A stretch of DNA of 59,477 nucleotides, filler included. It is 7 parts of 7 records of this genome, joined end to end, with 100 filler letters (N's around TTAATTAATTAA, not from the genome) between each part and the next. Parts side by side here need not be neighbours in the genome. Positions count along the whole stretch, not along the records: positions 12,148 to 20,157 come from SRR31156797_25283; positions 20,258 to 25,569 come from SRR31156797_25285; positions 25,670 to 40,311 come from SRR31156797_25293; 4 more parts are not named here. One strand, written 5' to 3'. The position numbers were made by a program, and so were the translations under genes. Shown here one piece after another: positions 19,395 to 29,777 of this stretch. Position 1 is the stretch's first letter. Each line of letters begins with the position of its first letter. A model generated the notes under the pieces. That model was not told the DNA's origin, did no database searches, and saw only the letters and a list, made by a program, of their open reading frames with translations.

Positions 19395-20157
19395 CTATTC
19401 AACCAAGGAAAGGGAATTTGCCTCCAGGGGCAACCGGATGGTAAAGCAGGTCCCCTTTCCCTCTGAGGAATCCACCTCGATGGTGCCCCCGTGGTTCTCC
19501 CGGATGATGAAATAGGAAACCGAAAGGCCCAGTCCCGTCCCCTCCCGCACCCCCTTGGTGGTGTAAAACGGGTCGAAGATCCGTTTGGCCGCCCCGGGCG
19601 CCATGCCGGGCCCGTTGTCCTCAATCTCGATGCGGGCGTGGTCCCGCTCCTTTGAAATGCGGATGGCAAAGCAGGGTCTGGAATGGCCCGGCAGGGCCTC
19701 CCTGACCATGGCCTGGGCCCCGTTTTTGAGGATATTGAAAAAAACCTGCTGGAGCTTGCTGCGCTCGCAGGGCACCGGGGGCAGGTCGGGGGCATACTCC
19801 CGCTTGATGGCGATGGAGCGGAAATCATACTTTTTCTTCAGGCCGTAATCGTTTTCCGCGATCTCAAGGGTTGCGTCCATGAGTTCATGCATGGGGTGGC
19901 TTTCCACCACATCATTGCCCTTACGGCTGAAAGCGAGCATGTTTTCAACGATACGGGCGGCCCTGGACCCGGCCGTGATGGCGGATTCGGCAATGGAGAA
20001 GATATGCCGCTTTTCCATGTACCGCCCGATGGCATCGAGGGAGACGCCGCATTCCGCTGCGGTTTCCACGTTCACCGGCAGGGGATCCCTGAGGCGGCTG
20101 ACCAGCACCTGGAGATTCTGCATGATCCCGGCCAGGGGATTGTTGATCTCATGGGCC
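19395..20157 (-). CDS. Sensor histidine kinase, C-terminal part (5' truncated)
   Basis: AHEINNPL H-box at the contig edge, NILKNG, DNGPG, GTGLGL. Confidence 0.92.
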
Positions 20158-20257
20158 NNNNNNNNNNNNNNNNNNNNNNNNNNNNNNNNNNNNNNNNNNN
20201 NTTAATTAATTAANNNNNNNNNNNNNNNNNNNNNNNNNNNNNNNNNNNNNNNNNNNN

Positions 20258-21031
20258 GTAGTAGTCTCTGGCTCTCCAGGTCTGGGGTCCCGGGGGATTG
20301 TACTTGGCCAGCTCGGCGTAGTACTCGATGGCTTCCTTCATCTCGGGAGAGTTGAAGGTCAGGTTTCCGTCCTTGTCGAAGAGGCTTCCGCCGTTGGACA
20401 TGGCGAACTGGGTGAAGCACTGCTCCGCATAGGCCTCGGCCTTGGTTCCCACAAGGATGCCGTACTGGTTCTGATCGGGCTTGTAGAAATAGGCGGCGGC
20501 CTTCATGATGTCTTCCCAGCTGCTGGGAGGATTGAGTCCGGCTTCGGCGAACCAGTCGGCCCGGTACCAGATGCCCTGGACCCAGCCATGGTAGGGGACG
20601 GCGTAGTAGCTGCCTGCGGTGGCGCTCTCGTTCAGCTTCAGGGTGCCCGCATAGAACTCGTCCTTGCCCACGGCGTTGATCACGGCGCTGGCCGCGGCGG
20701 CGTCCAGGATGCCTTCGGAACCGAAGGAAACGGCGTTCTCGGCGGGGCACTCGATCATGGCGGGCAGGTTTCCGGCGGCCGCGGCGGTGTTGATCTGGGT
20801 AGCCATATCGTTTTCATCCACGGGGATCAGGTTGATCTTGATCTCGGGATTCATAACCATAAAGGTATCGATCAGAACCTGGATGTTGGCCATCCGGTCG
20901 GACTGGGTCTGGGTCGTCCAGAAATCAAATTCGACAGGACCGGCGGAAGCCTCCGCCGATTCCTTCTGACCCTCTGCGAAAGCGAAGGATACTGACAAAA
21001 TCAGCACAAGAAAAAGGGTAATTTTTTTCAT
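20258..21031 (-). CDS. Sugar ABC substrate-binding protein (3' truncated)
   Basis: Spirochaete-style AEGQKE N-terminus, YAVP, WYRADWF, PSSWED. Confidence 0.88.
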
Positions 21032-21100
21032 GACTCTCTCCTTTGAGATAATATATATCTCATTCTAATACGGGTATTTGGGGAAGACAGTCACGTTGGA

Positions 21101-21119
21101 GTACCAATTTGGTACCAAT
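21101..21119. promoter_or_regulatory. Candidate response-regulator site
   Basis: GTACCAATTTGGTACCAAT is both a palindrome and a direct repeat of GTACCAAT. Confidence 0.5.
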
Positions 21120-21155
21120 ACAATACTAAACCCTTATTCATCCTCAGTTTATCGC

Positions 21156-21857
21156 TCACTCTTCGTCGAGAAGGTAGCGGCAGTACTCCTTGAGCTCTGA
21201 ATTCCGGGCGGCCTTCATGGCGGCCATCCTGTCATGGATATTGAGCTTGTTGTAGATACGGCTGATATGGTTCTTCACGGTCTGGTCGGCCAGGAAGAGG
21301 CGGGCGGCGATATGGCTGTTGTCGTAGCCCCGGGACATAAGGTAGAGGATCTCCCGCTCCCGCCGGCTCAGGGAATCGATGTTGTACACGATCTCCTCCC
21401 CGGCGGGCTCCTCCCTCTTCGGCCCGGGCGGTCTCTCCTCCCTGTTGCCCGAGACCAGCTGGGCCGCCACGGAGGGGGAGATCTGCATGGTACCGGCGTT
21501 GACCGCCCGGATGGAGCTGATCAGATCGTCGGAGGGCATATTCTTCAGCAGATAGCCTACGGCTCCCCCTTTCAGGGCGTCGTGTACATAGGCGTCGTCG
21601 TCGAAGGTGGTGAGCATCATGATCCGGATGTCCGGCAGCACTCCGTGGATATAGCTTGCGGCCTGAACGCCGTCCATAACGGGCATCCTCACATCCATGA
21701 GGATGATATCGGGCCCCAGGCGCTCGGCGGCTTCTACCGCCTCCTTTCCGTTATAGGCCAGCCCCACCACTTCGATGTCTTCGGCCTTCATTCCGATAAC
21801 GGTCTGAAGGGTTTCCGCGAACAGGACCTGGTCATCCACAATCAAGAGACGGATCAT
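21156..21857 (-). CDS. NarL/LuxR-family response regulator
   Basis: IVDD, LMDVRMP, LSRREREIL, TVKNHIS. Confidence 0.93.
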   Translation of the reverse strand: MIRLLIVDDQVLFAETLQTVIGMKAEDIEVVGLAYNGKEAVEAAERLGPDIILMDVRMPVMDGVQAASYIHGVLPDIRIMMLTTFDDDAYVHDALKGGAVGYLLKNMPSDDLISSIRAVNAGTMQISPSVAAQLVSGNREERPPGPKREEPAGEEIVYNIDSLSRREREILYLMSRGYDNSHIAARLFLADQTVKNHISRIYNKLNIHDRMAAMKAARNSELKEYCRYLLDEE

Positions 21858-23161
21858 CTTTGCTCCTTATGTCCGGCCGGGGCTCCGCCGGAGTCCTGGC
21901 GATTATCCCGGATAGGCCCCGGGGGCCTTTTTGAGTCGTCAGGCAGGGGGATGGTGATGGAGACCTCGAACCCTCCGCTGATGTTCTGATAGCGGATCGT
22001 CCCTCCCAGCTCGGCCAGGCGTTCCTTCATCCCCGTCAGACCGATCCCCTCCTTCAGCTCCGCCGTGCCGCTGCCGTTGTCCTGCAGGCTGAGCTTGAGG
22101 ATCCGGTCCTGGATCCAGAAGTAGATACGGATCTCGCTGGCCCTTCCGTGGCGGAACGAGTTGGTCAGCCCCTCCTGGATGAAGCGGAAAACGGCCCTGT
22201 CGATCCGGATGCCGAAACTGTCGGGGGAGTTCCCGAACTCCACCTTCACAGAGATCCCCGTGGCCTCGGCGAAGGCGGACACCAATTTGAAGAAAGACCG
22301 CAGTCCCTCGGGCCGTCCCGTCTCCTTGGATCGGAGCAGCCGCATGGCCGCCCTGGTCTCCTCAAGGCAGATCCCGGCCTCGTTCATGGACTTGCCGATC
22401 AGTTCCCCGGCGCCGGCGGGATCGCTTTTCATCATCATGCCCGCGGCCTCCAGCATGATGCGGATATTGGTCAGCGAGTAACCCACCGTATCATGGATCT
22501 CCCGGGAGACCCGCTTCCTCTCCTTCTTCAGCGTCTCCAGTTCCAGACTGGAGCTGTAGCTCTGAAATCCCAGATTGGCCTTTCCCATGGTATTGAGCGC
22601 CTCGTCCAGACGCCTGATCATCAGCCTCTCCTCCCGGAGCTGTTTATCGCGCTTGGTGATTATGCCCAGTGTGGCGACCGCAAAGATTCCCAGTACGAAA
22701 AAGCTGATCAGCTCATGAAGCTCGGGTCCCGAAAGGTCGGTATAGAAGGCGCTGCGGGGTTTGAACAGAAGGGAACCGTAGACCAGCAGGGTTCCCATGG
22801 TGGCCGTATTCCAGGGAAACGGCACGTAAGCGGCCGTTTCCAGCCAGAGGGAAAGGAGAAGGGAGAATCCGATCCACAGCTTTCCTCCCAGGGGAAAGAT
22901 CAGGAGGAAGAGAAACCCCGCCTTGACGGCCAGGAAGGTGTACCGGCAGCCCCTCCAGAATGCCATGGCCAGAGAGAGGAGGAGGGAGAGCCCCAGGATC
23001 AGATCGAACTGCCATCTGAACTGCGCGGACGCGGGAATGTCCTCTCCCGACAGGCGGTACTGCAGGGCGGCCAGCAGAAGAAAAGCCGCTGAAAAAAAGA
23101 AAGTGCGGAGAGATCTGTCCGCTGAGGGGCTTTCAGGGCTGTGGGCGTTCGCGTTACTCAT
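21854..23161 (-). CDS. HisKA_3 membrane sensor kinase
   Basis: ERKRVSREIHDTVG, QEGLTNSFRH, GIGLTGMKER; start placed at ATG 23161 (uncertain). Confidence 0.9.
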   Translation of the reverse strand: MSNANAHSPESPSADRSLRTFFFSAAFLLLAALQYRLSGEDIPASAQFRWQFDLILGLSLLLSLAMAFWRGCRYTFLAVKAGFLFLLIFPLGGKLWIGFSLLLSLWLETAAYVPFPWNTATMGTLLVYGSLLFKPRSAFYTDLSGPELHELISFFVLGIFAVATLGIITKRDKQLREERLMIRRLDEALNTMGKANLGFQSYSSSLELETLKKERKRVSREIHDTVGYSLTNIRIMLEAAGMMMKSDPAGAGELIGKSMNEAGICLEETRAAMRLLRSKETGRPEGLRSFFKLVSAFAEATGISVKVEFGNSPDSFGIRIDRAVFRFIQEGLTNSFRHGRASEIRIYFWIQDRILKLSLQDNGSGTAELKEGIGLTGMKERLAELGGTIRYQNISGGFEVSITIPLPDDSKRPPGPIRDNRQDSGGAPAGHKEQR

Positions 23162-23243
23162 GGTTTCGACCAGTATAGAACGGAATCCACCATTAATGGA
23201 AACCCATTTTTGCCGGGAACGGATGGAAAAGACAGGGGCGGGA

Positions 23244-23996
23244 TCAGTGGGAGCTGAGCCGCTCCGAGACACGGGCGGCGGCGGCCATCACCAGTCCGGC
23301 CACCTTTTCCACGTCCATCTCTCCGAAATGGGTTTTGTCCCAGCTGGTGCTGACCGAAGCGACGATATCGTTCTTATAATCGTAAACGGGAGCGCCGACG
23401 CATTGAAAATCGAGCCGGTCCTCCTGATTGTCTGTGGTCCAGCCCCTGGACCTGCACTCGCCCATCACCCTGAGAAACTCATCGGGATCGGTGATGGAGT
23501 AAAGGGTGTAATGGACCATGCCCTTCTCCCCGATCAGGGCGCGTATGTCCTCATCCGATTTGTTCAGGATAAGAGACTTGCCCAGGGAGGTGGAGAACAG
23601 GGAGCGCCGCTGCCCGATAACAGAGTAGGCGCTGTCCACCTCGGCAGCGGAAACCCGGTCGATGTAACAGACCTCATGGTCCATCATGGTCGCCAGAAAA
23701 ACGGGGAATCCGGTCTGACGGGAAAGGTCCATCAGCACGGGCTGCGCCTCGGTCTTCAGTTCCAGATTGAAACGGAAAGGGCCGGTAAGGTCGAGGAATT
23801 TCAGTCCGATCTTATAGAGGTTGAGCTCGCTGTTCTTGTCTACGTAGCCTTTCTTCACCAGATCCGCCGTAATGCGGTAAACCGTACTCACCGGAAGGGA
23901 GAGGGCCGCAGCCATATCGCTGAGGATCATCCCCCGGGGGGTCTGGGAGAGAAGCTCGATAATGTCAAAAGCCCGGTCGATGGACTGAATGCTCAT
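23244..23996 (-). CDS. IclR-family regulator
   Basis: QSIDRAFDIIE, STVYRI, TSLGK, CVGAPV. Confidence 0.92.
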   Translation of the reverse strand: MSIQSIDRAFDIIELLSQTPRGMILSDMAAALSLPVSTVYRITADLVKKGYVDKNSELNLYKIGLKFLDLTGPFRFNLELKTEAQPVLMDLSRQTGFPVFLATMMDHEVCYIDRVSAAEVDSAYSVIGQRRSLFSTSLGKSLILNKSDEDIRALIGEKGMVHYTLYSITDPDEFLRVMGECRSRGWTTDNQEDRLDFQCVGAPVYDYKNDIVASVSTSWDKTHFGEMDVEKVAGLVMAAAARVSERLSSH

Positions 23997-24046
23997 AATT
24001 CCTCGATTTTGAAAGGATACCCGGCAAGCGGCCGGGTCCCTGTTAT

Positions 24047-24994
24047 CTATTCCCGATGAGGATAGTACAATTCTCTGATTCTGTCAGCAGTATCAGGGCT
24101 CACACTTAGCTCAAGGGCATCCATGTTCTCTTTAAGCTGTCCGGCCCGGCTCCCCGTAATCAGGGGGATGAAACCTTCCGCGGACATCCAGCTCAATACC
24201 AGGGTATTGGCCGACACACCCTGGGCGGCGGCATCCTCCCTGAAAAGAGCGACGATCTCGTTGTTCTGCGCCGTGTCGTACTCCTCCGGCATGGCACGGT
24301 CTTCCCTGCCGAAAAAGCCCTGAAGCAGGGGGGAGTAACAGAGCATGGCCACCCCCTCGCGCCGGCAATAGTCCAGGATCTCCACAGAGGCGGGAAGCTG
24401 ACGGCCGAAGTCGGCGTTCACCCTGGGCCAGAGGACGGACTGACGGGACTGAACGCAGCAGAAGGGCGTCCAGCCCTTGCCGCGCGCCAGCTGATTGGCT
24501 GCGGCCAGGCGCCAGGCATAGAAGTTACTGGCGCCCAGGGCGACGACCTTTCCGGCTTCCACCAGGGAATGGAAGGCCTCCATATACTCTTCCTGGGGCG
24601 TGTCGTAGTCATCGCAATGGGCGTAGAGGAGATCGATCTTCTCCAGGCCCAGGCGCTTCAGGCTCTTGTCCACTTCCCGGATAATCAGCTCTTTCTTCAG
24701 CCCCTGGGGAACGTCCCCGTAGGGGAAGCCCATCTTGGTCGCCACAAGGAGATCGTCCCGCCTGCCTCTGGATTTGATCCAGCGGCCCAGCACATGCTCG
24801 CCCACGGGCTCGGGAAAACCGGGAACCCATGTGGCGTACTTGTTGGCCGTATCGTAGAAGCGCCCTCCCCTCTCGTAATAGTAGTCCATTAGGGAGAAGG
24901 ACTCCTGTTCGGGAACCTTGATACCGAAGTACATGGTTCCCAGGCAGAGTCCGGAGGCGGACAGGGAGGAGCCGCCCAGTTTTACGGCTTTCAT
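24047..24994 (-). CDS. Aldo/keto reductase
   Basis: LGTMYFG, DTANKY, ATK, IDLLYAH, YSPL. Confidence 0.92.
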   Translation of the reverse strand: MKAVKLGGSSLSASGLCLGTMYFGIKVPEQESFSLMDYYYERGGRFYDTANKYATWVPGFPEPVGEHVLGRWIKSRGRRDDLLVATKMGFPYGDVPQGLKKELIIREVDKSLKRLGLEKIDLLYAHCDDYDTPQEEYMEAFHSLVEAGKVVALGASNFYAWRLAAANQLARGKGWTPFCCVQSRQSVLWPRVNADFGRQLPASVEILDYCRREGVAMLCYSPLLQGFFGREDRAMPEEYDTAQNNEIVALFREDAAAQGVSANTLVLSWMSAEGFIPLITGSRAGQLKENMDALELSVSPDTADRIRELYYPHRE

Positions 24995-25569
24995 GTGAGA
25001 TCCCCGCACCGAACCAGCACCTTCATCATGGAAAGGTCCTCGTCCAGGGCCTTGAAGGCGGTTTCCATCTCTTCCAGGGGGTAGACCTTTGAGATGATCT
25101 CTTCCGCGGGGAAATCGGGAGCGGTCAGGACCTGCAGGGCCGCATCGAAGTCCTCGGCCCCGTATACCCGGGCCCCCAGGAGCTCCAGCTCCTTCCAGAA
25201 GAAATCCTTCAGACAGACCTCGGGGTTCTTGCCGTAGATGCCGACCAGGACGATCTTTCCTCTGGGACGGGCGAACCGGGTCATGGAAAGGGCGCCGGGC
25301 TGGGAGGCGGACACCTCGAAGACCACGTCCGCCAGAGAGCCGTCGTTGAGCGTCCTGAGGGAGGCCTCCATATCGTCCTTCACGGGATTCAGGGTCTTGA
25401 TGCCCATGCCCTCGGCTATGGAGAGGCGGGTCTCGTTCACCTCGGAAAGGACGAAGTCCACGCCCCGGCTTTTCAGGACCTGGGCGATCAGGATGCCGAT
25501 GGGGCCGCCTCCGATGATCAGGGCGAAATCGTCCTTTGTGATCCCCGAGCGGCTGACGTCGTGGCAGGC
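24991..25569 (-). CDS. Zn-dependent (MDR) dehydrogenase, C-terminal part
   Basis: ACHDV...IGGGPIG, DVVFEVS, KELELLG. Confidence 0.85.
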   Translation of the reverse strand, partial: ACHDVSRSGITKDDFALIIGGGPIGILIAQVLKSRGVDFVLSEVNETRLSIAEGMGIKTLNPVKDDMEASLRTLNDGSLADVVFEVSASQPGALSMTRFARPRGKIVLVGIYGKNPEVCLKDFFWKELELLGARVYGAEDFDAALQVLTAPDFPAEEIISKVYPLEEMETAFKALDEDLSMMKVLVRCGDLT

Positions 25570-25669
25570 NNNNNNNNNNNNNNNNNNNNNNNNNNNNNNN
25601 NNNNNNNNNNNNNTTAATTAATTAANNNNNNNNNNNNNNNNNNNNNNNNNNNNNNNNNNNNNNNNNNNN

Positions 25670-26446
25670 AACGAGGCCGCCAAGGCCATGGAGAACAAGA
25701 TCATCACCAACGAGAAGCTCCGGAAGGAGCTGAACGCGGTTAAGAAGGAAGCCAAGGCGGCGGCCAAGAAGATCTCCCTCAATATCCCCAAGCTGAAGGA
25801 CTGCAAGTACCATCGGCCCGACGGCCCCAAGGGCGAGGGCTCCACCATCTTCATCACCGAGGGTCAGTCGGCCACGGGCTCCATGGTTTCCTGCCGGGAC
25901 GTCTACCTCCAGGCCATCTACTCCCTCAGAGGAAAACCCTGGAACTCCTACGGCAAGAAGCAGGCCGACATCTACCGGAACGAGGAACTCTACAACCTGA
26001 TGATGGCCCTGGGGATAGAGAACTCCATCGAGGACCTCAGATACGAGCGGATCGTGGTGGCCACCGACGCGGACACCGACGGTTTTCATATCCGCAATCT
26101 CCTTCTGACCTTCTTCCTCAACTACTTCGAGGAGCTGGTCCTGGGGGGGCATGTTTACATCCTGGAGACCCCCCTGTTCCGGGTCCGTAACAAGAAGACC
26201 ACCACCTACTGTTACAACGAGAAGGAACGGGATCAGGCCATGGCGGCCATCCGGGGGCATGAGGTCACCCGCTTCAAGGGACTGGGAGAGATCTCGCCCA
26301 AGGAGTTCGGTCAGTTCATCGGCGAGGACATGCGCATCGTCCCGGTAAGCATCAAGTCCATGAAGGAGGTTCCCACCATGCTGGAGTTCTACATGGGTAA
26401 GAACACCCCCGACCGCCGCAAATACATTATGGAGAATCTCGTCTGA
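25670..26446 (+). CDS. parE: Topoisomerase IV subunit B (5' truncated)
   Basis: ITEGQSA, LRGKP, TDADTDG, RFKGLGE. Confidence 0.93.
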   Translation, partial: NEAAKAMENKIITNEKLRKELNAVKKEAKAAAKKISLNIPKLKDCKYHRPDGPKGEGSTIFITEGQSATGSMVSCRDVYLQAIYSLRGKPWNSYGKKQADIYRNEELYNLMMALGIENSIEDLRYERIVVATDADTDGFHIRNLLLTFFLNYFEELVLGGHVYILETPLFRVRNKKTTTYCYNEKERDQAMAAIRGHEVTRFKGLGEISPKEFGQFIGEDMRIVPVSIKSMKEVPTMLEFYMGKNTPDRRKYIMENLV

Positions 26447-28383
26447 TGTCCTACGTAAACAAACTGTTCAATACCAACTTCATCGAATACGCCTCCTATG
26501 TCATCAAGGACAGGGCCATACCCCATCTGGACGACGGCCTGAAACCCGTGCAGCGGCGTATCCTCCAGTCCCTGTTCGATACGGACGACGGCAAGTTCAA
26601 TAAGGTCGCCAACATAGTGGGACACTGCATGCAGTACCATCCCCACGGGGACGCCTCCATCTACGGCGCCCTGGTCAACCTGGCCAACAAGGACCTGTTT
26701 ATAGACAAGCAGGGAAACTTCGGCAACATCTATACCGGAGACCCCGCCTCGGCGGCCAGGTATATCGAGTGCCGCCTTCTGCCCATGGCCAGGGACGTGC
26801 TCTACAATCCCGAGATCACCGACTTCGAGGACTCTTATGACGGCAGGCGGAAGGAACCCGTCGTCTTCCCCTGCAAGATCCCCCTGATCCTGATCCTGGG
26901 CGCCGAGGGCATCGCCGTAGGCATGAGCACCAAGATCCTGCCCCATAACTTTATCGAGGTCCTCCAGGCGGAGCGCTCCTTCCTGCTGGAGGAACCCTTC
27001 GAGCTCTATCCCGACTTCCCCACGGGCGGGCTAGTGGACGTTTCGGACTACAGAGAGGGGAACGGAAAGGTTCTGTCCCGGGCACGGCTGGACACGAGCG
27101 ATCCCAAGAAGATCACCGTTACCGAGCTTCCCTTCGGAACCACCACCGAGAGCCTGATCGCCTCCATCGAGGCGGCGGCCCGGAAGAACAAGATCAAGAT
27201 CGGCAGCATCAACGACTTCACCACCGAGAAGGTGGAGATCGAGATCAGGCTGCCCAGAGGGGTCCATACCAAGGACGTTCTGGACGGCCTGTACGCCTTC
27301 ACCGACTGCGAGGTTTCCCTTTCCGTCAATCTGCTGGTGATCGGCCCCGATTCCAAGCCCCGGGTGATGACCATCCCCGAGATCATCGAATACCACGCCG
27401 ATATGCTGATCAGGATCCTGAGAAAGGAGCTGAAGCTGGAGGAGGGCAAGCTCCTGGACAGGCTCCATATCCGGACCCTGGAAAGGATTTTTATCGAGGA
27501 GAGGATCTACAAGAGGATCGAGGAGATGAAGACCCCCGAGGCCATCCATCTGGCGGTCCGGGACGGATTCGTTCCCTTTATGGACGAGATCAAGCGCGAG
27601 ATCACCGAGGAGGACCTGGAGCACCTCCTGAAGATCCCCATCAGGCGCATCTCTCTCTATGACATCAACAAGATGAAGAAGGAGATGGACGAGATCAAGG
27701 CCCGGCTGAAAGAGGTCCGCCATCACCTGAGGCATATCAGGGAGTACGCCGTCTCCACCCTGGACGGCTTCATCGACAAACAGGCCAAGCTGATGCCCCG
27801 GCGCACCGAGCTGATGCAGATCCAGAAGGTGGATATCCGCGACGCCGCCCAGAAGAACCTGAAGGTCCGCTACAACAAAGACACCGGCTACATCGGCCAC
27901 GAGGTCTCCTCGGGGACGGTCATGTGCGAGGCCTCCGTCTACGACAGGGTCCTTATGGTCCGCAAGGACGCCACCTACCAGGTCATGGACGTGCCCGACA
28001 AGTTCTTCGTCGGCAAGGGGCTGCTCTACTGCGGCCTGACCGACAAGGAGACTATGGAGAGCACCGTCTTTTCCCTGGTCTACCGGAATAAGGAGAACGG
28101 CTATCCCTATATCAAGCGATGCAAGGTCACCCAGTTCATCCTGAACCGCGTCTACGAGCTTGTCCCCGAGGAGGGGCAGCTGATCCGTTTCACCACCAAG
28201 ACCGATGTGTCCGTGGTAGTGGATTTCAAGCAGAAGTCGCTGATCCGTTCGGCCGCGGATACCTTCCCCGTGGAAGACTATCTGGTGAAGGGGGTCAAGG
28301 CCCGGGGCGTGAGGATCAAGCCCAAGGAGTTCAGCAGTGCCCGTTTTATCAAGACCAGCACCCTGGAGAAGAAGGAGGGCTGA
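26446..28383 (+). CDS. parC: Topoisomerase IV subunit A
   Basis: DGLKPVQRR, YHPHGD, AARYIE; short C-terminal domain. Confidence 0.93.
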   Translation: MSYVNKLFNTNFIEYASYVIKDRAIPHLDDGLKPVQRRILQSLFDTDDGKFNKVANIVGHCMQYHPHGDASIYGALVNLANKDLFIDKQGNFGNIYTGDPASAARYIECRLLPMARDVLYNPEITDFEDSYDGRRKEPVVFPCKIPLILILGAEGIAVGMSTKILPHNFIEVLQAERSFLLEEPFELYPDFPTGGLVDVSDYREGNGKVLSRARLDTSDPKKITVTELPFGTTTESLIASIEAAARKNKIKIGSINDFTTEKVEIEIRLPRGVHTKDVLDGLYAFTDCEVSLSVNLLVIGPDSKPRVMTIPEIIEYHADMLIRILRKELKLEEGKLLDRLHIRTLERIFIEERIYKRIEEMKTPEAIHLAVRDGFVPFMDEIKREITEEDLEHLLKIPIRRISLYDINKMKKEMDEIKARLKEVRHHLRHIREYAVSTLDGFIDKQAKLMPRRTELMQIQKVDIRDAAQKNLKVRYNKDTGYIGHEVSSGTVMCEASVYDRVLMVRKDATYQVMDVPDKFFVGKGLLYCGLTDKETMESTVFSLVYRNKENGYPYIKRCKVTQFILNRVYELVPEEGQLIRFTTKTDVSVVVDFKQKSLIRSAADTFPVEDYLVKGVKARGVRIKPKEFSSARFIKTSTLEKKEG

Positions 28384-29659
28384 CGGCTCCCTTCTTCGTA
28401 TAAGCGTTTTTCTCTTTCTCCTGTTCGCCGCGGCGGTCAGCCTGAGTGCTCAGGAAACCGGCGGGCAGGGAAGCTCCGGTCCGGATGCGGGCGATCGGGA
28501 GGGCGTGATCTTTACGGTCAGGCCCGGCGAGAAATACCGGGTCATCGAGAAGTTCAACCTCAGCCAGTATAAAAACGGCCGCTATCTGGGCCATGTCTAC
28601 CGGGAGAACCGGGGCGTCTACGAGACGGCTCCGGCGGGGAACGGCCAGTTCCGGGTGGACGGACGGATCTACCATCTGGAGGAGAAGACCAAGGACGGCT
28701 TCCGGACCGCCTCTGCCCTGAGGGGGACCGAGGACAGCTCCTACAGCATGCGCGAGCAGGGGCAGATGCAGGTCCCGGGCACCGCCTATCCCCGTCTGCG
28801 GGGCTTTCCCACGTTTCCCGACAAGGCGGTTCTGCCCGGGCAGAAATGGGAGGCCTTTCTGGACGTGGTGATCACATCCCCCGACGGCCAGACCAGGGCG
28901 GTGCTGCCCCAGTACTGCGAATACACCTTCGTGGGCGAGGATGTCTGGGAGGATCGCCCTGTCTATGTGATCAAGGCCCAGTACGCCGTCCGCTATAAGC
29001 AGGGGACCTCCTATGAGGCCGAGTCCTTCCTGAGGGCCCTGAGCGGGAAGCATGTGGTGGCCCTGATGATCGACAAGGAGACCCGGGAGTTCCTTCTGAT
29101 GAAGGATATCATGGAGGAGGAGTACCTCTACCGAGACGGAACCAGCCTCCGTGAGAAGGGCTTTCTTCTGACCTTCTACAAGGGTATCGCCCTTCTGGAC
29201 CGCCCCGGCATCGTCCGGGAGGCGCAGAAAACCCTGGCCGAGGAGCTGGAGGAGCACTTCGAAGAGAAGGGCGAATCCCTGGAAGAGCAGGTTGCCATCG
29301 AGGAGCATGAGGAGGGGCTGGCCCTGAATCTGAAGAACCTCCACTTCAGGCCCGACCAGGCCGTCCTGCTTCCCGAAGACAGGACGCTGCTGGATACGAT
29401 CGCCGCGGTCTTGCAGAAGATCCCGGAGAGGAGCTTCCTGGTCAGGGGGCATACCGCCGACGTGGGGAGCATGGAGTCTCAGCTTCTCCTCTCCCAGCAG
29501 CGAGCCAAAAAAATCGTGGATGAACTGAGCGCCCGGGGGATCGATGCGGAGCGCTTCCTCTATACCGGCCTGGGGGGCCTGGAGCCCGTGGGTGACAACG
29601 CCACCGATGAGGGGCGGAAGATGAACCGCAGGGTGGAGATCGTTATTCTGGAAGATTGA
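28337..29659 (+). CDS. OmpA-family protein (start uncertain)
   Basis: Signal-like FLFLLFAAAVSLSA; GHTAD, LSQQRA, NRRVEI. Confidence 0.85.
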   Translation: MPVLSRPAPWRRRRADGSLLRISVFLFLLFAAAVSLSAQETGGQGSSGPDAGDREGVIFTVRPGEKYRVIEKFNLSQYKNGRYLGHVYRENRGVYETAPAGNGQFRVDGRIYHLEEKTKDGFRTASALRGTEDSSYSMREQGQMQVPGTAYPRLRGFPTFPDKAVLPGQKWEAFLDVVITSPDGQTRAVLPQYCEYTFVGEDVWEDRPVYVIKAQYAVRYKQGTSYEAESFLRALSGKHVVALMIDKETREFLLMKDIMEEEYLYRDGTSLREKGFLLTFYKGIALLDRPGIVREAQKTLAEELEEHFEEKGESLEEQVAIEEHEEGLALNLKNLHFRPDQAVLLPEDRTLLDTIAAVLQKIPERSFLVRGHTADVGSMESQLLLSQQRAKKIVDELSARGIDAERFLYTGLGGLEPVGDNATDEGRKMNRRVEIVILED

Positions 29660-29777
29660 GAAAGCCAGCGGCGATATAAGGCATGGCCGCCGGTCTTCCT
29701 CCGGCCCCGGACAGGCCTTCCCGGAGGATAGAATTGCTTTTAATTCCCGCCGCAATAGTGTAAGGTAGAAGTCAGCC

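Noticed and set aside
18725-19828. 367-aa minus-strand ORF
   Set aside because: Overlaps pncB and the kinase in alternative frames; GC-rich shadow
22148-24059. 314-aa and 378-aa plus-strand ORFs
   Set aside because: Antisense shadows of the kinase and iclR genes
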